A stretch of DNA of 54,597 nt from an uncultured Bacilli bacterium (GCA_947631105.1 CANRKD010000002.1:1-54597); one strand, 5' to 3'. Shown: positions 18,868 through 27,868, numbered from the stretch's first letter. Notes: generated by a model from the sequence alone, not told the origin. A program made the numbers and translations.

Positions 18868-19833
18868 TTAAGCTTGATTTTCTATATAGTAAGCATAATA
18901 TTCATCATAAGTAATATCTTCATCATGTATAATTTTGGCTACTTCTTTTCCAACATAACGCCAATGCCATGATTCAAAACTATAGCCAGTTATATCTTCT
19001 TTATTTTCTGGATATCTTTCTATATATCCATAAAGGTAAGCATTATCTTGTAACCATTGATAAGCTGGGGAATCTTTAAAGGTGCCCGTTAATTGATTGT
19101 TTATTTCAAAAACATCGATAGCAAGGCCAGATTGATGTTCAGAATGTCCAGGACGAGCGGCCACTTTATCTGCTTGTGAACTTCCTTTTGATTGTTTAAT
19201 ACTATCATAGACATCTTCTTGATCTTGATAATTACGATAACTTGAGTTTACTATTAATTTATAGCCATCTTCATTAGCAGCATTCCACATGGAAATATAA
19301 GCATCATTTGCTTCCTCCGTGATTTGATTGTTGTCGTAAGCATATTTATTACTTATTGTAACTAAATTTTTTGGTTCAAAATCATCACTTAGTTTATAAT
19401 ATTTATTTACAATTAATAAATTTTCTTTATTAACATCAGCAGGAATTTCGTGCTCATAATATTCATAATCACGATTTACGTTGACCATTGTTATAACATC
19501 TTTTAAATCCATCGTTTTGTTTTTATCCATGTAAGCTAAATATCTTTCTAAATTATTATGAATATAATATTTTTGTTCAATTAAACTTAGAATGCTATCA
19601 TTACGGGGAATAGAAAGTAATTTTTCTATTTCTTCATCTTTTTTATAGTATTTTAATAAACGCTTAGCATTTTCTAAAGAATATCCATGTTCGATTAGTT
19701 TATATTCATAGGATTGTTTGTATTTATACTCTTGATATGTTTTTATTCCAAATAAACTGCCAAGGCAAAGCAATGTTAGAATAGTAACAAAAATATATAT
19801 TACTTTCTTTTTTAATTTTTTCTTTTTTGCCAT
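18868..19833 (-). CDS. Membrane-anchored M15B (VanY-type) D-alanyl-D-alanine carboxypeptidase
   Basis: N-terminal TM segment. SSYRNYQDQ, PGHSEHQSGLAIDV and ESWHWRYVG zinc-peptidase motifs. Confidence 0.85.
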   Translation of the reverse strand: MAKKKKLKKKVIYIFVTILTLLCLGSLFGIKTYQEYKYKQSYEYKLIEHGYSLENAKRLLKYYKKDEEIEKLLSIPRNDSILSLIEQKYYIHNNLERYLAYMDKNKTMDLKDVITMVNVNRDYEYYEHEIPADVNKENLLIVNKYYKLSDDFEPKNLVTISNKYAYDNNQITEEANDAYISMWNAANEDGYKLIVNSSYRNYQDQEDVYDSIKQSKGSSQADKVAARPGHSEHQSGLAIDVFEINNQLTGTFKDSPAYQWLQDNAYLYGYIERYPENKEDITGYSFESWHWRYVGKEVAKIIHDEDITYDEYYAYYIENQA

Positions 19834-19939
19834 ATAAAACCTCTTTCTACTATTAATATAATTATAACACTTATAAGTTATTTACAAAATAGGCAATTTA
19901 TAGTATTATGTATGTAAGGTAGTTGGAAGGTAGTGGAGT

Positions 19940-20296
19940 ATGAAAAATAAAAGAATTATAGAGCATTGTCCTAATTTTTATCGTATTGTAAATTTTGATT
20001 ATTTTGAAGACGATTCTATTACTGACAAACTCATTAAAATCTATGAAAGTTATATATTTAATATTGATCTTCATGATGAAGAGGAAGTAAAAATTGTAAA
20101 GCAAATAGATTATGTTTTAGGAAAATATATTGATGACTATTTGTTTCGACGCAAGATGCAAAGTGAGATATTACACATTAAAATCCAAAAAACATGTACG
20201 AATCTTATTCGGGCAGTAGTTGAATCCCTTATCAAAATATTTGATCGTTATGAAGAAGAAACTACAAGAAATATTTATATTTCAAGATGGATATAG
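19940..20296 (+). CDS. Hypothetical protein (118 aa)
   Basis: ORF followed by a strong terminator. No motif recognised. Confidence 0.45.
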   Translation: MKNKRIIEHCPNFYRIVNFDYFEDDSITDKLIKIYESYIFNIDLHDEEEVKIVKQIDYVLGKYIDDYLFRRKMQSEILHIKIQKTCTNLIRAVVESLIKIFDRYEEETTRNIYISRWI

Positions 20297-20332
20297 GAAA
20301 TGATTTTCTTTTGAAGTTATATATGTTAGAGC

Positions 20333-20357
20333 AGAGCATAGTTATATGCTCTTTTTC
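20333..20357 (+). terminator. Rho-independent terminator
   Basis: AGAGCATA (20333-40), loop GTTA, TATGCTCT (20345-52), TTTT. Confidence 0.65.
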
Positions 20358-20431
20358 TTTTATTTTACTAGTTGCTATAAATTATTTAATATTAAAACTC
20401 GAACCATAAAGTCCGAGTTTAAAATCAATTT

Positions 20432-20508
20432 TGGTAGCGCCGGGGAGATTCGAACTCTCGACCTACCGGGTATGAACCGGTTGCTCTAGCCAACTGAGCT
20501 ACAGCGCC
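20432..20508 (-). tRNA. tRNA-Met (anticodon CAT), elongator type, CCA encoded
   Basis: Reverse complement is GGCGCTG TA GCTC AGTTGGCTA GAGC A ACCGG TTCATAC CCGGT AGGTC GAGAG TTCGAAT CTCCC CGGCGCT A CCA. Cloverleaf folds with three non-WC pairs (G1-U72, U6-G67, A50-C64). The anticodon stem lacks the initiator GGG/CCC. A lysidine-modified Ile2 identity is not excluded. Confidence 0.85.
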
Positions 20509-20575
20509 ATCAACAATTTGATTGTATCATAGTTCTAATTAACTTACAATAAAAAAGTTCATATTTAATGAACTT

Positions 20576-21334
20576 TTATTCAGGTTTATTCTCATAAAAA
20601 CTTGCTATGGAACCTAAAATACGATTTATACTTTTATCATTAAACGGTTTATTTAAAACATCTAAAATTGGATAATCAAAAGCTTTTTTTATGGTTTCTT
20701 CTGAATCATCTCCGGTAATAATTACAACGGGATGTTTTTCTATTAAATCATTATCTCGTAAATAGTTTAATACTTCAAAACCATTAAGACCAGGCATATT
20801 TAAATCGAGTAGAATAGCATATAAATTGTTTTGTTCAATTGCTGCAATTGCTTCTTTTCCATTGGTAGCTTTAATTATTTTAAATTCATTCGTTAAATTT
20901 TTTTCTAAGAAATTTAAAATAATACTTGAATCATCTGCAATTAAAATGTTTTTAGGGGTTAGGGGAACTTCTTCACCAAAATATTCACTTAGTATATTTA
21001 TAATTTTATTACAAGTTGAACGAACCGTTTCAAAATTGCTATTAATGTATTCAGCATTATTAGCTTTACCTTGTAATTCATGTTGTAAGAATACTTCTGA
21101 TTCATTCATAAATCCTAGATATTTGCATTCACTTTTTATGCTATGGGCAAGAATTTGGTAATTGTTCCAATCATTGGAATTTTTGTATTTTTCCAAACTA
21201 GCTAGTTTGGAGTTCAAAGTATCTTTGAACTCTTTTAAACTATCATTATAAGAATTCATATCTCCCCATAATTCCAAGCTTGCATTTACATCTATATTAT
21301 TATTTTTTAATATATCTACATTAAACATTGTCAT
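20576..21334 (-). CDS. Hpt-REC phosphorelay protein (N-terminal histidine phosphotransfer domain, C-terminal receiver, no output domain)
   Basis: Hpt motif AHSIKSECKYLG. Receiver motifs ILIADDSSII...LLDLNMPGLNGFEVL...KP. Overlaps the upstream kinase by 14 nt. Confidence 0.85.
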   Translation of the reverse strand: MTMFNVDILKNNNIDVNASLELWGDMNSYNDSLKEFKDTLNSKLASLEKYKNSNDWNNYQILAHSIKSECKYLGFMNESEVFLQHELQGKANNAEYINSNFETVRSTCNKIINILSEYFGEEVPLTPKNILIADDSSIILNFLEKNLTNEFKIIKATNGKEAIAAIEQNNLYAILLDLNMPGLNGFEVLNYLRDNDLIEKHPVVIITGDDSEETIKKAFDYPILDVLNKPFNDKSINRILGSIASFYENKPE

Positions 21335-22532
21335 TACCTCCTAAAAATTTATTTAAAACTCGATCTAATTGATTTTTATCAATAGGTTTTGATAAGTAAT
21401 CATCAAAACCTGCTTGTAAATATTGTTCTTCTTTGCCTTCAATTGCATCAGCAGTTAAAGCAACTACAGGTATATCAAAACCATCAATATTTTTTAAACG
21501 TCTTAATGTTTCAACACCATTCATTTTAGGCATCATAATGTCCATTAATATTAAATCAAAAGTTTGCGATTCCATTATTTCTAATGCTTCAAAACCACTT
21601 TCAACTAGTTTAACATTAAAGTTATATGGCTTAAGAATTTGATTAGCTACTTTTAGATTTATTTTAGAATCATCAACAATTAAAATTCGTTTTCCAGGAT
21701 GTCTATTATAATCTATTTCTATTTCTTCTGTATTACCCTCAGGGATTTCCATACTGATAATTTCTTGTTCTAATGTTACTCGAAAGACAGATCCTTCTTC
21801 AAATTTACTTTGAACGGTTATTTTTCCACCCATCATTTCGGTTAAACTTTTTGTAATCGCCAGACCAAGACCAGTACCTTCAATTGTGGTATTTTTATCT
21901 TCATCGATTCTTTCAAATTTAGAAAATAATTTGTTAATATCTTTTTCTTTAATTCCACGTCCTGTATCTTTTATTGCAATATTTAATATACACGTATTTG
22001 TATTTGAACGATTAATACAATTGACAATAAATTCAATTGAACCTTTATCTGTATATTTTGCCGCATTTGTAAGTAAATTTAAAATAATTTGTTTTACTTT
22101 GCTCATATCACCTTTTAATATACCAGGTAGGTCAGGGGAAATATTAACTTTTAACTCAATTGGTTTTTCACTAATTCTAGGTTGTACTAATTTTACTAAA
22201 GAGTTAAATACTTCTCTTGGATTATATTCTTTAGGAATAATTTCCATTTTATTTGCTTCAATTTTTGAAATATCTAAAATTCCATTTACAATTTCTAATA
22301 GATTTTGTGATGCATCAACAACATCTTTTGCAAATTCTTTTGTTTCATTTAGATCTTTACTTGATAACATACATTCACTAAAACCAACGATAGCATTTAA
22401 TGGAGTTCTTATCTCATGAGACATATTTGATAAGAATTCAGTTTTGGCTTTATTGGCTTTATCAGCAGCATCTTTAGCAATGTTTAATTGTTCTATCATT
22501 TTAACATCAGGGTTTTCAATGGTGAAATACAT
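21321..22532 (-). CDS. Hybrid sensor histidine kinase, cytoplasmic part (HisKA-HATPase_c-REC)
   Basis: H-box SHEIRTPLNAI, N-box LLTNAAKYT, DTGRGI, GTGLGLAI, then receiver ILIVDDSKIN...LILMDIMMPKMNG. No SD before this ATG. Confidence 0.85.
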   Translation of the reverse strand: MYFTIENPDVKMIEQLNIAKDAADKANKAKTEFLSNMSHEIRTPLNAIVGFSECMLSSKDLNETKEFAKDVVDASQNLLEIVNGILDISKIEANKMEIIPKEYNPREVFNSLVKLVQPRISEKPIELKVNISPDLPGILKGDMSKVKQIILNLLTNAAKYTDKGSIEFIVNCINRSNTNTCILNIAIKDTGRGIKEKDINKLFSKFERIDEDKNTTIEGTGLGLAITKSLTEMMGGKITVQSKFEEGSVFRVTLEQEIISMEIPEGNTEEIEIDYNRHPGKRILIVDDSKINLKVANQILKPYNFNVKLVESGFEALEIMESQTFDLILMDIMMPKMNGVETLRRLKNIDGFDIPVVALTADAIEGKEEQYLQAGFDDYLSKPIDKNQLDRVLNKFLGGNDNV

Positions 22533-22589
22533 AAGAATTGTAACTATAGAATTACATAGAAGTAATAAATTTATATTAGGATTAATTTT

Positions 22590-23135
22590 TTATATTATAA
22601 AAATAATAAATATTAAAATAATAAATATAAGTATAGGAATATATTTTTTAGAAATAATTTTTTTATAACTAATTACTAAAATTAAAATCATTATTGATAT
22701 TAATGAAAATACACATACATATCCTAAATTTACACTTGGTCCGAAAGAATATGCAACATTTTCTTTCATATTAACTTGTATAGGTAATAAAAACATTATA
22801 AAAGCACTTATAGTAATTATGTAACCTAAATAATAAATTATTTTACCTATTTTATTAAAAGAAAGATTATATACATAAATAGTTAAAGTAAAGATATAGA
22901 CAATAAAATACATAAGGTATATTTTAGAAATAAAAATATTTAATAAGGAATCAACTGAAAATTTTTTGAATAGAAAAAAACCACCTATATCTAAACATAT
23001 TCCAATTAAATTAATTATTATTAAAAAAGAAAAAATTTTATTATCAATATTTTTAATTCTTTCTTTAGAAAAATATACACATGAAATTATAAGTAAAAAT
23101 ATTAAACAACAAAAAGAAATAGATACATTTATCAC
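22590..23135 (-). CDS. Polytopic membrane (sensor-like) segment, in frame with the kinase below and separated from it by one TAA
   Basis: 181 aa with about 6 TM segments, GTG start after AGGTGG. The stop at 22590-22592 is followed by 19 sense codons (KINPNINLLLLCNSIVTIL) running into the kinase ATG. Confidence 0.6.
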   Translation of the reverse strand: MINVSISFCCLIFLLIISCVYFSKERIKNIDNKIFSFLIIINLIGICLDIGGFFLFKKFSVDSLLNIFISKIYLMYFIVYIFTLTIYVYNLSFNKIGKIIYYLGYIITISAFIMFLLPIQVNMKENVAYSFGPSVNLGYVCVFSLISIMILILVISYKKIISKKYIPILIFIILIFIIFII

Positions 23136-23198
23136 ATAACCACCTTACCTTAAAAAAATAATATCATATTCTTGTTTTTTTGTAAAATTGGTAAAAAT

Positions 23199-24905
23199 TT
23201 ATTTTAAAATTAATTTTTTAGTGATAACATTTTTTTCATTATAATAATTAATATTTGCTTTTTCTTTTAATAAATTTATATCTATTTTTCCACCTAAATT
23301 AATAGGAATAGAATCTACAATTATAAAATCCATAGGTATAGAAGTTTCTTCTAAATTTTGATAACATTCTTTCTTTATATTGTTTATAATTTCATCTAAT
23401 GGTTCATTTATATTAGAGTTTAATTCTATAAAAGCAACAGGAACATTTTGCTCTATTGGATGTGGGAAACCAATTACCGCAGCATTTTTAACATACGATA
23501 AACTATTTATAAATTGTGCTATACTATTAGGATGAACATTAAATCCAAATCTCATAAATATATTTTTTATTCTATCTACATGAAATAGAAAACCGTTTTC
23601 ATCCATATAACCAATATCTTTAGTATGTAGCCATTTTTTTCCATCTGCGTGTATTTTAAATGCTTTTCTTGTTTCTTCAGGGTTATTAAAATATTCTTTA
23701 ACAATGCTTGGACCAGTTATACATATTTCTCCAATTTCATTTCGATTTAATTTTTCTTCTGAATTAGGTTTGAATATTGCAATTTCAGTATATAGCATAG
23801 GTACTCCGATGCTTCCAAATTTATATGATCCTCTTTTTGCTATTGTTCCTAAACCTGATGTTTCTGTTAAAGCATATCCTTGTCTTACAATTATATCTTC
23901 ATTTATAAGATTATTTTCACAATAATCAGTATTTACTTTATTTAAACCACTTTCAATAGATCGGTCTAAAGATGCTCCACCTGAAAGGTATATTTTTCGA
24001 GGAGGCATCTTTCCATTTTTAAATTCTTCACTTTCTTTTATATTAATGTAGTGCACTGGACCTCCAGTGAAAACGTCGGGTTTTATAGCACATAATGCTC
24101 TAGCAGTATTATGAGTTAATAGTTCAGGTATAAGATAAACTTTTTTTCCATCTATGGATTGTAAGTGAAGCATTACCATACCATAAGCAATCGATGGTAC
24201 TAAAGCATCCATGAAAGAACCTGGAAAAATATTTCCATCCTTATAAGAGAAAGCAGATGCATTTAAGTTTTCATTAGTGATGCAAGTTCCTTTTGAAACT
24301 CCTGTGGTTCCACTCGTTCCAATAATGATAGCAGTATGATTTTCTTCAAAAAAAGGTGTTAAATTTTTTGGAATGTTGATTTGTAGTGCTTGATATTCTT
24401 CCCAAGGTATAATCTTCCTATTTATAGGAAGTTTTGAAGCGCTACCAATACAAACAATATTTTCTAAAGAAGTCTGATTTAAAGCATTTTTATATTTTTC
24501 ATAAAATTCATTAAAAATAAATATATTTTTGATATTATTTTCAGCGATAAATTTACCAATTTGGTTTTCAGGAGCCATAGGTGAAACTGGATATGTAATC
24601 GCCCCAATAATATTATGCCCATATATTAAAGTTCTTGCTTCCACTAAATTTGGTAATATTATTGGTATAATGTCATTTGTTTTAATATTAAGCATACTTG
24701 AGGATTTAGCATTATTATTTATTAGTTCTAGGTATTTATTATAATTTATCGTTTGAGTTTGTTGATAATTGTTAGAACTTGTCCGTATATCAAAAGCAAT
24801 ATTATTTAAATTATTTTTATTTGCATCATAAATCGCTTGATACAAAGACTTTTTAATTTTTTTTAAAATTTCTTTGGTTTCTAATAATTCTTCTTTTTTT
24901 TCCAT
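23199..24905 (-). CDS. Adenylate-forming enzyme (acyl/aryl-CoA synthetase or fatty-acyl-AMP ligase family)
   Basis: AMP-binding motifs TSGTTGVSKG, GYALTETSG, TKDIGYMDENGFLFHVDRIKN. ATG 24905 (MEKKEELL) follows GGAGGAA and is preferred over 24953. Confidence 0.85.
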   Translation of the reverse strand: MEKKEELLETKEILKKIKKSLYQAIYDANKNNLNNIAFDIRTSSNNYQQTQTINYNKYLELINNNAKSSSMLNIKTNDIIPIILPNLVEARTLIYGHNIIGAITYPVSPMAPENQIGKFIAENNIKNIFIFNEFYEKYKNALNQTSLENIVCIGSASKLPINRKIIPWEEYQALQINIPKNLTPFFEENHTAIIIGTSGTTGVSKGTCITNENLNASAFSYKDGNIFPGSFMDALVPSIAYGMVMLHLQSIDGKKVYLIPELLTHNTARALCAIKPDVFTGGPVHYINIKESEEFKNGKMPPRKIYLSGGASLDRSIESGLNKVNTDYCENNLINEDIIVRQGYALTETSGLGTIAKRGSYKFGSIGVPMLYTEIAIFKPNSEEKLNRNEIGEICITGPSIVKEYFNNPEETRKAFKIHADGKKWLHTKDIGYMDENGFLFHVDRIKNIFMRFGFNVHPNSIAQFINSLSYVKNAAVIGFPHPIEQNVPVAFIELNSNINEPLDEIINNIKKECYQNLEETSIPMDFIIVDSIPINLGGKIDINLLKEKANINYYNEKNVITKKLILK

Positions 24906-25013
24906 ATTCTTTCCTCCGATTCTAAATTCATCATAATATGAAAAAATAAGCACTGCAAGTTTACTTTACATTTTCTGTATCAAATATGATACAATTTATA
25001 CAGGTGATGGTAA

Positions 25014-25271
25014 ATGGACTATGATATTAATTATATAGAGGATTCTTATGATGCAGAAAAATTAAATGAAGTTTTTGTAAAAGAATTTATTCGTTTTCGT
25101 AAAGAAAATAATTTAACACAAGAATTATTATCAAAATTTTCGAATGTTCCAAGAACTAAGATTGCTCGTATCGAAAATGGAAGTAGTTCTCCTAGTGTTA
25201 AAAGTTTACTTTCTATATTAGGTCCTATTGGGTATACAATTAAGATAGAGAAGGTTAGGAAGAGAAAATAG
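25014..25271 (+). CDS. XRE-family HTH transcriptional regulator (85 aa)
   Basis: LTQELLSKFSNVPRTKIARIENGSSSPSVKSLLSIL is a Cro/C1-type HTH. Confidence 0.8.
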   Translation: MDYDINYIEDSYDAEKLNEVFVKEFIRFRKENNLTQELLSKFSNVPRTKIARIENGSSSPSVKSLLSILGPIGYTIKIEKVRKRK

Positions 25272-25384
25272 TGTTTTAATTATGTTTTTCATCTATTTAA
25301 ATTTAGTTAGAAAGATTAATTTTATGGTTGGTAGGTAATATTGTGTGGTACGATAAAAAAATTTATATAACCTTTAAAAAAGTA

Positions 25385-25413
25385 TTGCATTCCAAAAAAA
25401 GTCGAGGTATAAT
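25385..25413 (+). promoter_or_regulatory. SigA-type promoter upstream of the rel leader
   Basis: TTGCAT (25385-90), 17-nt spacer, TATAAT (25408-13). Confidence 0.5.
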
Positions 25414-25441
25414 CATTTAAGTTATTTTGGAGGGGATAAAT

Positions 25442-25525
25442 ATGAGTTATATGAATATAGAATTTTTAAAATCTTATTTTGATTTATGTTTGCCTCTTCA
25501 AGTATTTTGTTTGAAACACGCTTAA
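25442..25525 (+). CDS. Candidate 27-aa leader peptide (MSYMNIEFLKSYFDLCLPLQVFCLKHA)
   Basis: GGAGGGG lies 7 nt upstream of the ATG. The last codons and the stop lie inside the 5' arm of the downstream terminator. Not in the ORF track (too short). Confidence 0.35.
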   Translation: MSYMNIEFLKSYFDLCLPLQVFCLKHA

Positions 25526-25553
25526 TCTTAAATGATTTTGCGTGTTTTTTTTT
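25514..25553 (+). terminator. Rho-independent terminator/attenuator 26 nt before the rel start
   Basis: AAACACGC (25514-21) pairs with GCGTGTTT (25540-47), inner AATC/GATT pairs, 6-nt loop, and a T-run of 9 T in total. Confidence 0.7.
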
Positions 25554-25578
25554 ATTAGAAAAAGGAGTGTGATTACAT

Positions 25579-27015
25579 ATGGAAGAAATAACATTAGAAA
25601 AGTTGCTTGCAAAAGTACAAGAGTACAACCAACTAGAAATTGAAACAATAAAAAAGGCATATTATTATGCTGAAAATTTGCATTTTGGACAATTCAGGCA
25701 GAGTGGAGAGCCATATATAAGTCATCCTTTGAATGTTGCCTATATTTTAGCAGATATGCATGCGGATACTGATACAATATGTGCAGGTCTTTTACATGAT
25801 ACTTTAGAAGATACAGATGCAACAAAAGAAGAGATTACATCTGAATTTAATAATGAAGTTGCTAATTTGGTAGATGGTGTAACAAAATTAGCCAAGATGA
25901 ATTTTTCATCAAAACAAGCCCAAAATATGGCAAATACTAGAAAAATTATTACGGGTCTTACTCAGGATGTAAGAATTATCATTATTAAATTGGCTGATCG
26001 TCTTCATAATATGAGAACTTTACAATTTAAATCGAATTTTAAACAAAAAGAAAATTCTATGGAAACAATGGATATCTTTGTTCCACTTGCTTATTATATT
26101 GGGGCATATCGTATAAAAAATGAATTGGAAGATCTTTCTTTTCAATATTTATATCCTGATAAATATAAAAGAATAGAAAATGAAAAAATTAATATTGAAC
26201 AAGCAAGTAATCATTGTATGCAAGAAATGTTGCATACTATAAAAGAAATTTTAAATGATCATACTATACCTAACGAAATTAAAGTTAGAACCAAAAATAT
26301 TTATGGAATTTATAAACGTTTAGAACAAGGATATAAAATTGATGATATACATGATTTATTAACTTTAAAAATTATGGTGGATAAAATTGCTAACTGTTAT
26401 CAAACTCTAGGTTTAATTCATTCTAAATATCATCCAATAAATGATAAATTTAAAGACTATATATGCAATCCTAAAACTAATATGTATCAATCTTTACATA
26501 CTACGGTTTTTGGAGAAGATAGTCGATTAGTTCAAATGCAAATCAGAACTTTTAATATGGATAAAGTAGCTTCTTTTGGACTTATGACTTATTGGGATAT
26601 TGAAAAAGGAAATGCTAGGGATGTTATGCAAAGAGAATTAAAAAATAAGTTTCAATTCTTTAAATCTTTAGTAGAAATTGATAATATGTTTAGTGATAAT
26701 CAAGAATTTGTAAGACAAGTAAAGTCAGAATTATTTACAGATAAAATTTATGTATATACTACAAAGGGTGAAGTCATTGAATTACCGAAAGGTGCTACTG
26801 TATTAGATTTTGCTTATCGAATTCATACAGACATTGGAGATTTAGCTACTTCCGCAATTGTAAATAATCGACATGTAAGTTTAGACTATACTTTACATAA
26901 TAAAGATAGAGTACAAATTATTATGGATTATTTATCTAAAGGCCCTAAAAATGAATGGTTAAATTTTGCAGTTACTTCAAAGGCACGTAGAAGAATTAAA
27001 GAGTTGAGTGCTTAA
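25579..27015 (+). CDS. rel: Long-RSH (p)ppGpp synthetase/hydrolase lacking the C-terminal regulatory domains
   Basis: HD hydrolase (SHPLNVAYIL...LLHDTLEDT), synthetase (KDYICNPKTNMYQSLHTTV...QIRT) and TGS (IYVYTTKGEVIELPKGATVLDFAY). The protein stops at 478 aa, right after WLNFAVTSKARRRIK. Confidence 0.9.
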   Translation: MEEITLEKLLAKVQEYNQLEIETIKKAYYYAENLHFGQFRQSGEPYISHPLNVAYILADMHADTDTICAGLLHDTLEDTDATKEEITSEFNNEVANLVDGVTKLAKMNFSSKQAQNMANTRKIITGLTQDVRIIIIKLADRLHNMRTLQFKSNFKQKENSMETMDIFVPLAYYIGAYRIKNELEDLSFQYLYPDKYKRIENEKINIEQASNHCMQEMLHTIKEILNDHTIPNEIKVRTKNIYGIYKRLEQGYKIDDIHDLLTLKIMVDKIANCYQTLGLIHSKYHPINDKFKDYICNPKTNMYQSLHTTVFGEDSRLVQMQIRTFNMDKVASFGLMTYWDIEKGNARDVMQRELKNKFQFFKSLVEIDNMFSDNQEFVRQVKSELFTDKIYVYTTKGEVIELPKGATVLDFAYRIHTDIGDLATSAIVNNRHVSLDYTLHNKDRVQIIMDYLSKGPKNEWLNFAVTSKARRRIKELSA

Positions 27016-27077
27016 GTATAAATTTAATTTGCAAACTTTGATGATTTAAGATAAAATTTTGTTAGCGGAGGATTAAA

Positions 27078-27800
27078 ATGAATAAAGATAAAAAGATATT
27101 TTTAGGTATTTTATTACTTTTATTGATTTTTATGATTTTTGGTGGCATTTTAATTTTTAAAGGAAAAAAAGTAGAAATCGATAATCTAGATGCTATTAAT
27201 TTTAAAAAAGAATATGAAGATTTAAATAATGTGGTTAATGAACAAACAGGTAAAACGAATAAAGAAATTTCTATTGCTACAGATAATCCTGTAGATATAG
27301 TTTCAGAAGAAGAAGCAGTTACGTTGCTTGAAAAGGGAACTGGTATTTTGTATATGGGTTTTCCAGAATGTCCATGGTGTAGAAGTTTGTTGCCAGTTTT
27401 ATTAAAAACTTTGGATAATGTTGGTATTCAAAAGCTTTCGTATTTAAATATTTCTAATATTCGTGATACTTTGGCTATAGATGATAAAAATAATGTAGAA
27501 GTATTAGAGGAAGGTACTGTTGGGTATTATAAAATTTTGGATTTATTGGATGAAGTTTTAGAACCCTTTTATTTAACCAATAATGAAGATCAACAAATTG
27601 ATACCAAAGAAAAAAGAGTATATGCTCCCACTGTTGTTGGGGTTAAAGAAGGTAAAATTGTTGGGATACATGTATCGACAGTAGAAAGTCAAACTGATCC
27701 TTACGCAGATTTGACGCAAGAACAAGAAGAAGAACTTTCCAATGCTTTTCTGGAAATAATTAATAAGGTTTATGATATTAATTGTGATGAAGCTTGTTAG
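27078..27800 (+). CDS. Membrane-anchored thioredoxin-fold protein (CPWC)
   Basis: N-terminal TM segment and FPECPWCRSLLP redox motif. Confidence 0.7.
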   Translation: MNKDKKIFLGILLLLLIFMIFGGILIFKGKKVEIDNLDAINFKKEYEDLNNVVNEQTGKTNKEISIATDNPVDIVSEEEAVTLLEKGTGILYMGFPECPWCRSLLPVLLKTLDNVGIQKLSYLNISNIRDTLAIDDKNNVEVLEEGTVGYYKILDLLDEVLEPFYLTNNEDQQIDTKEKRVYAPTVVGVKEGKIVGIHVSTVESQTDPYADLTQEQEEELSNAFLEIINKVYDINCDEAC

Positions 27801-27821
27801 TCGTTTTAGGCGACTTTTTTC
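27799..27821 (+). terminator. Rho-independent terminator
   Basis: AGTCG, loop TTTTAGG, CGACT, then T6. Confidence 0.6.
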
Positions 27822-27850
27822 TTGTACTAAAAATTATTCTATTTTATAAT
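27822..27850 (+). promoter_or_regulatory. SigA-type promoter of dnaB-dnaI
   Basis: TTGTAC (27822-27), 17 nt, TATAAT (27845-50). Confidence 0.5.
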
Positions 27851-27868
27851 AAAAAAGAGGTGTAAACT

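Noticed and set aside
20394-20431. The tRNA-Met as the boundary of an integrated element, and the AAACTCG/CGAGTTT hairpin as a tRNA terminator.
   Set aside because: No integrase, no obvious direct repeat of the tRNA 3' end, and no phage or IS genes are present in the window. The hairpin has only a weak T-run.
20826-22668. Plus-strand ORFs 20826-21161, 21433-21642, 21886-22419 and 22444-22668, opposite the two-component genes.
   Set aside because: They are antisense to genes with clear kinase and receiver motifs, and their Ile/Leu/Ser-rich translations are consistent with chance frames.
25422-25628. 68-aa minus-strand ORF across the rel leader.
   Set aside because: It overlaps the promoter, sORF, terminator and rel start on the other strand, which explain the sequence better.
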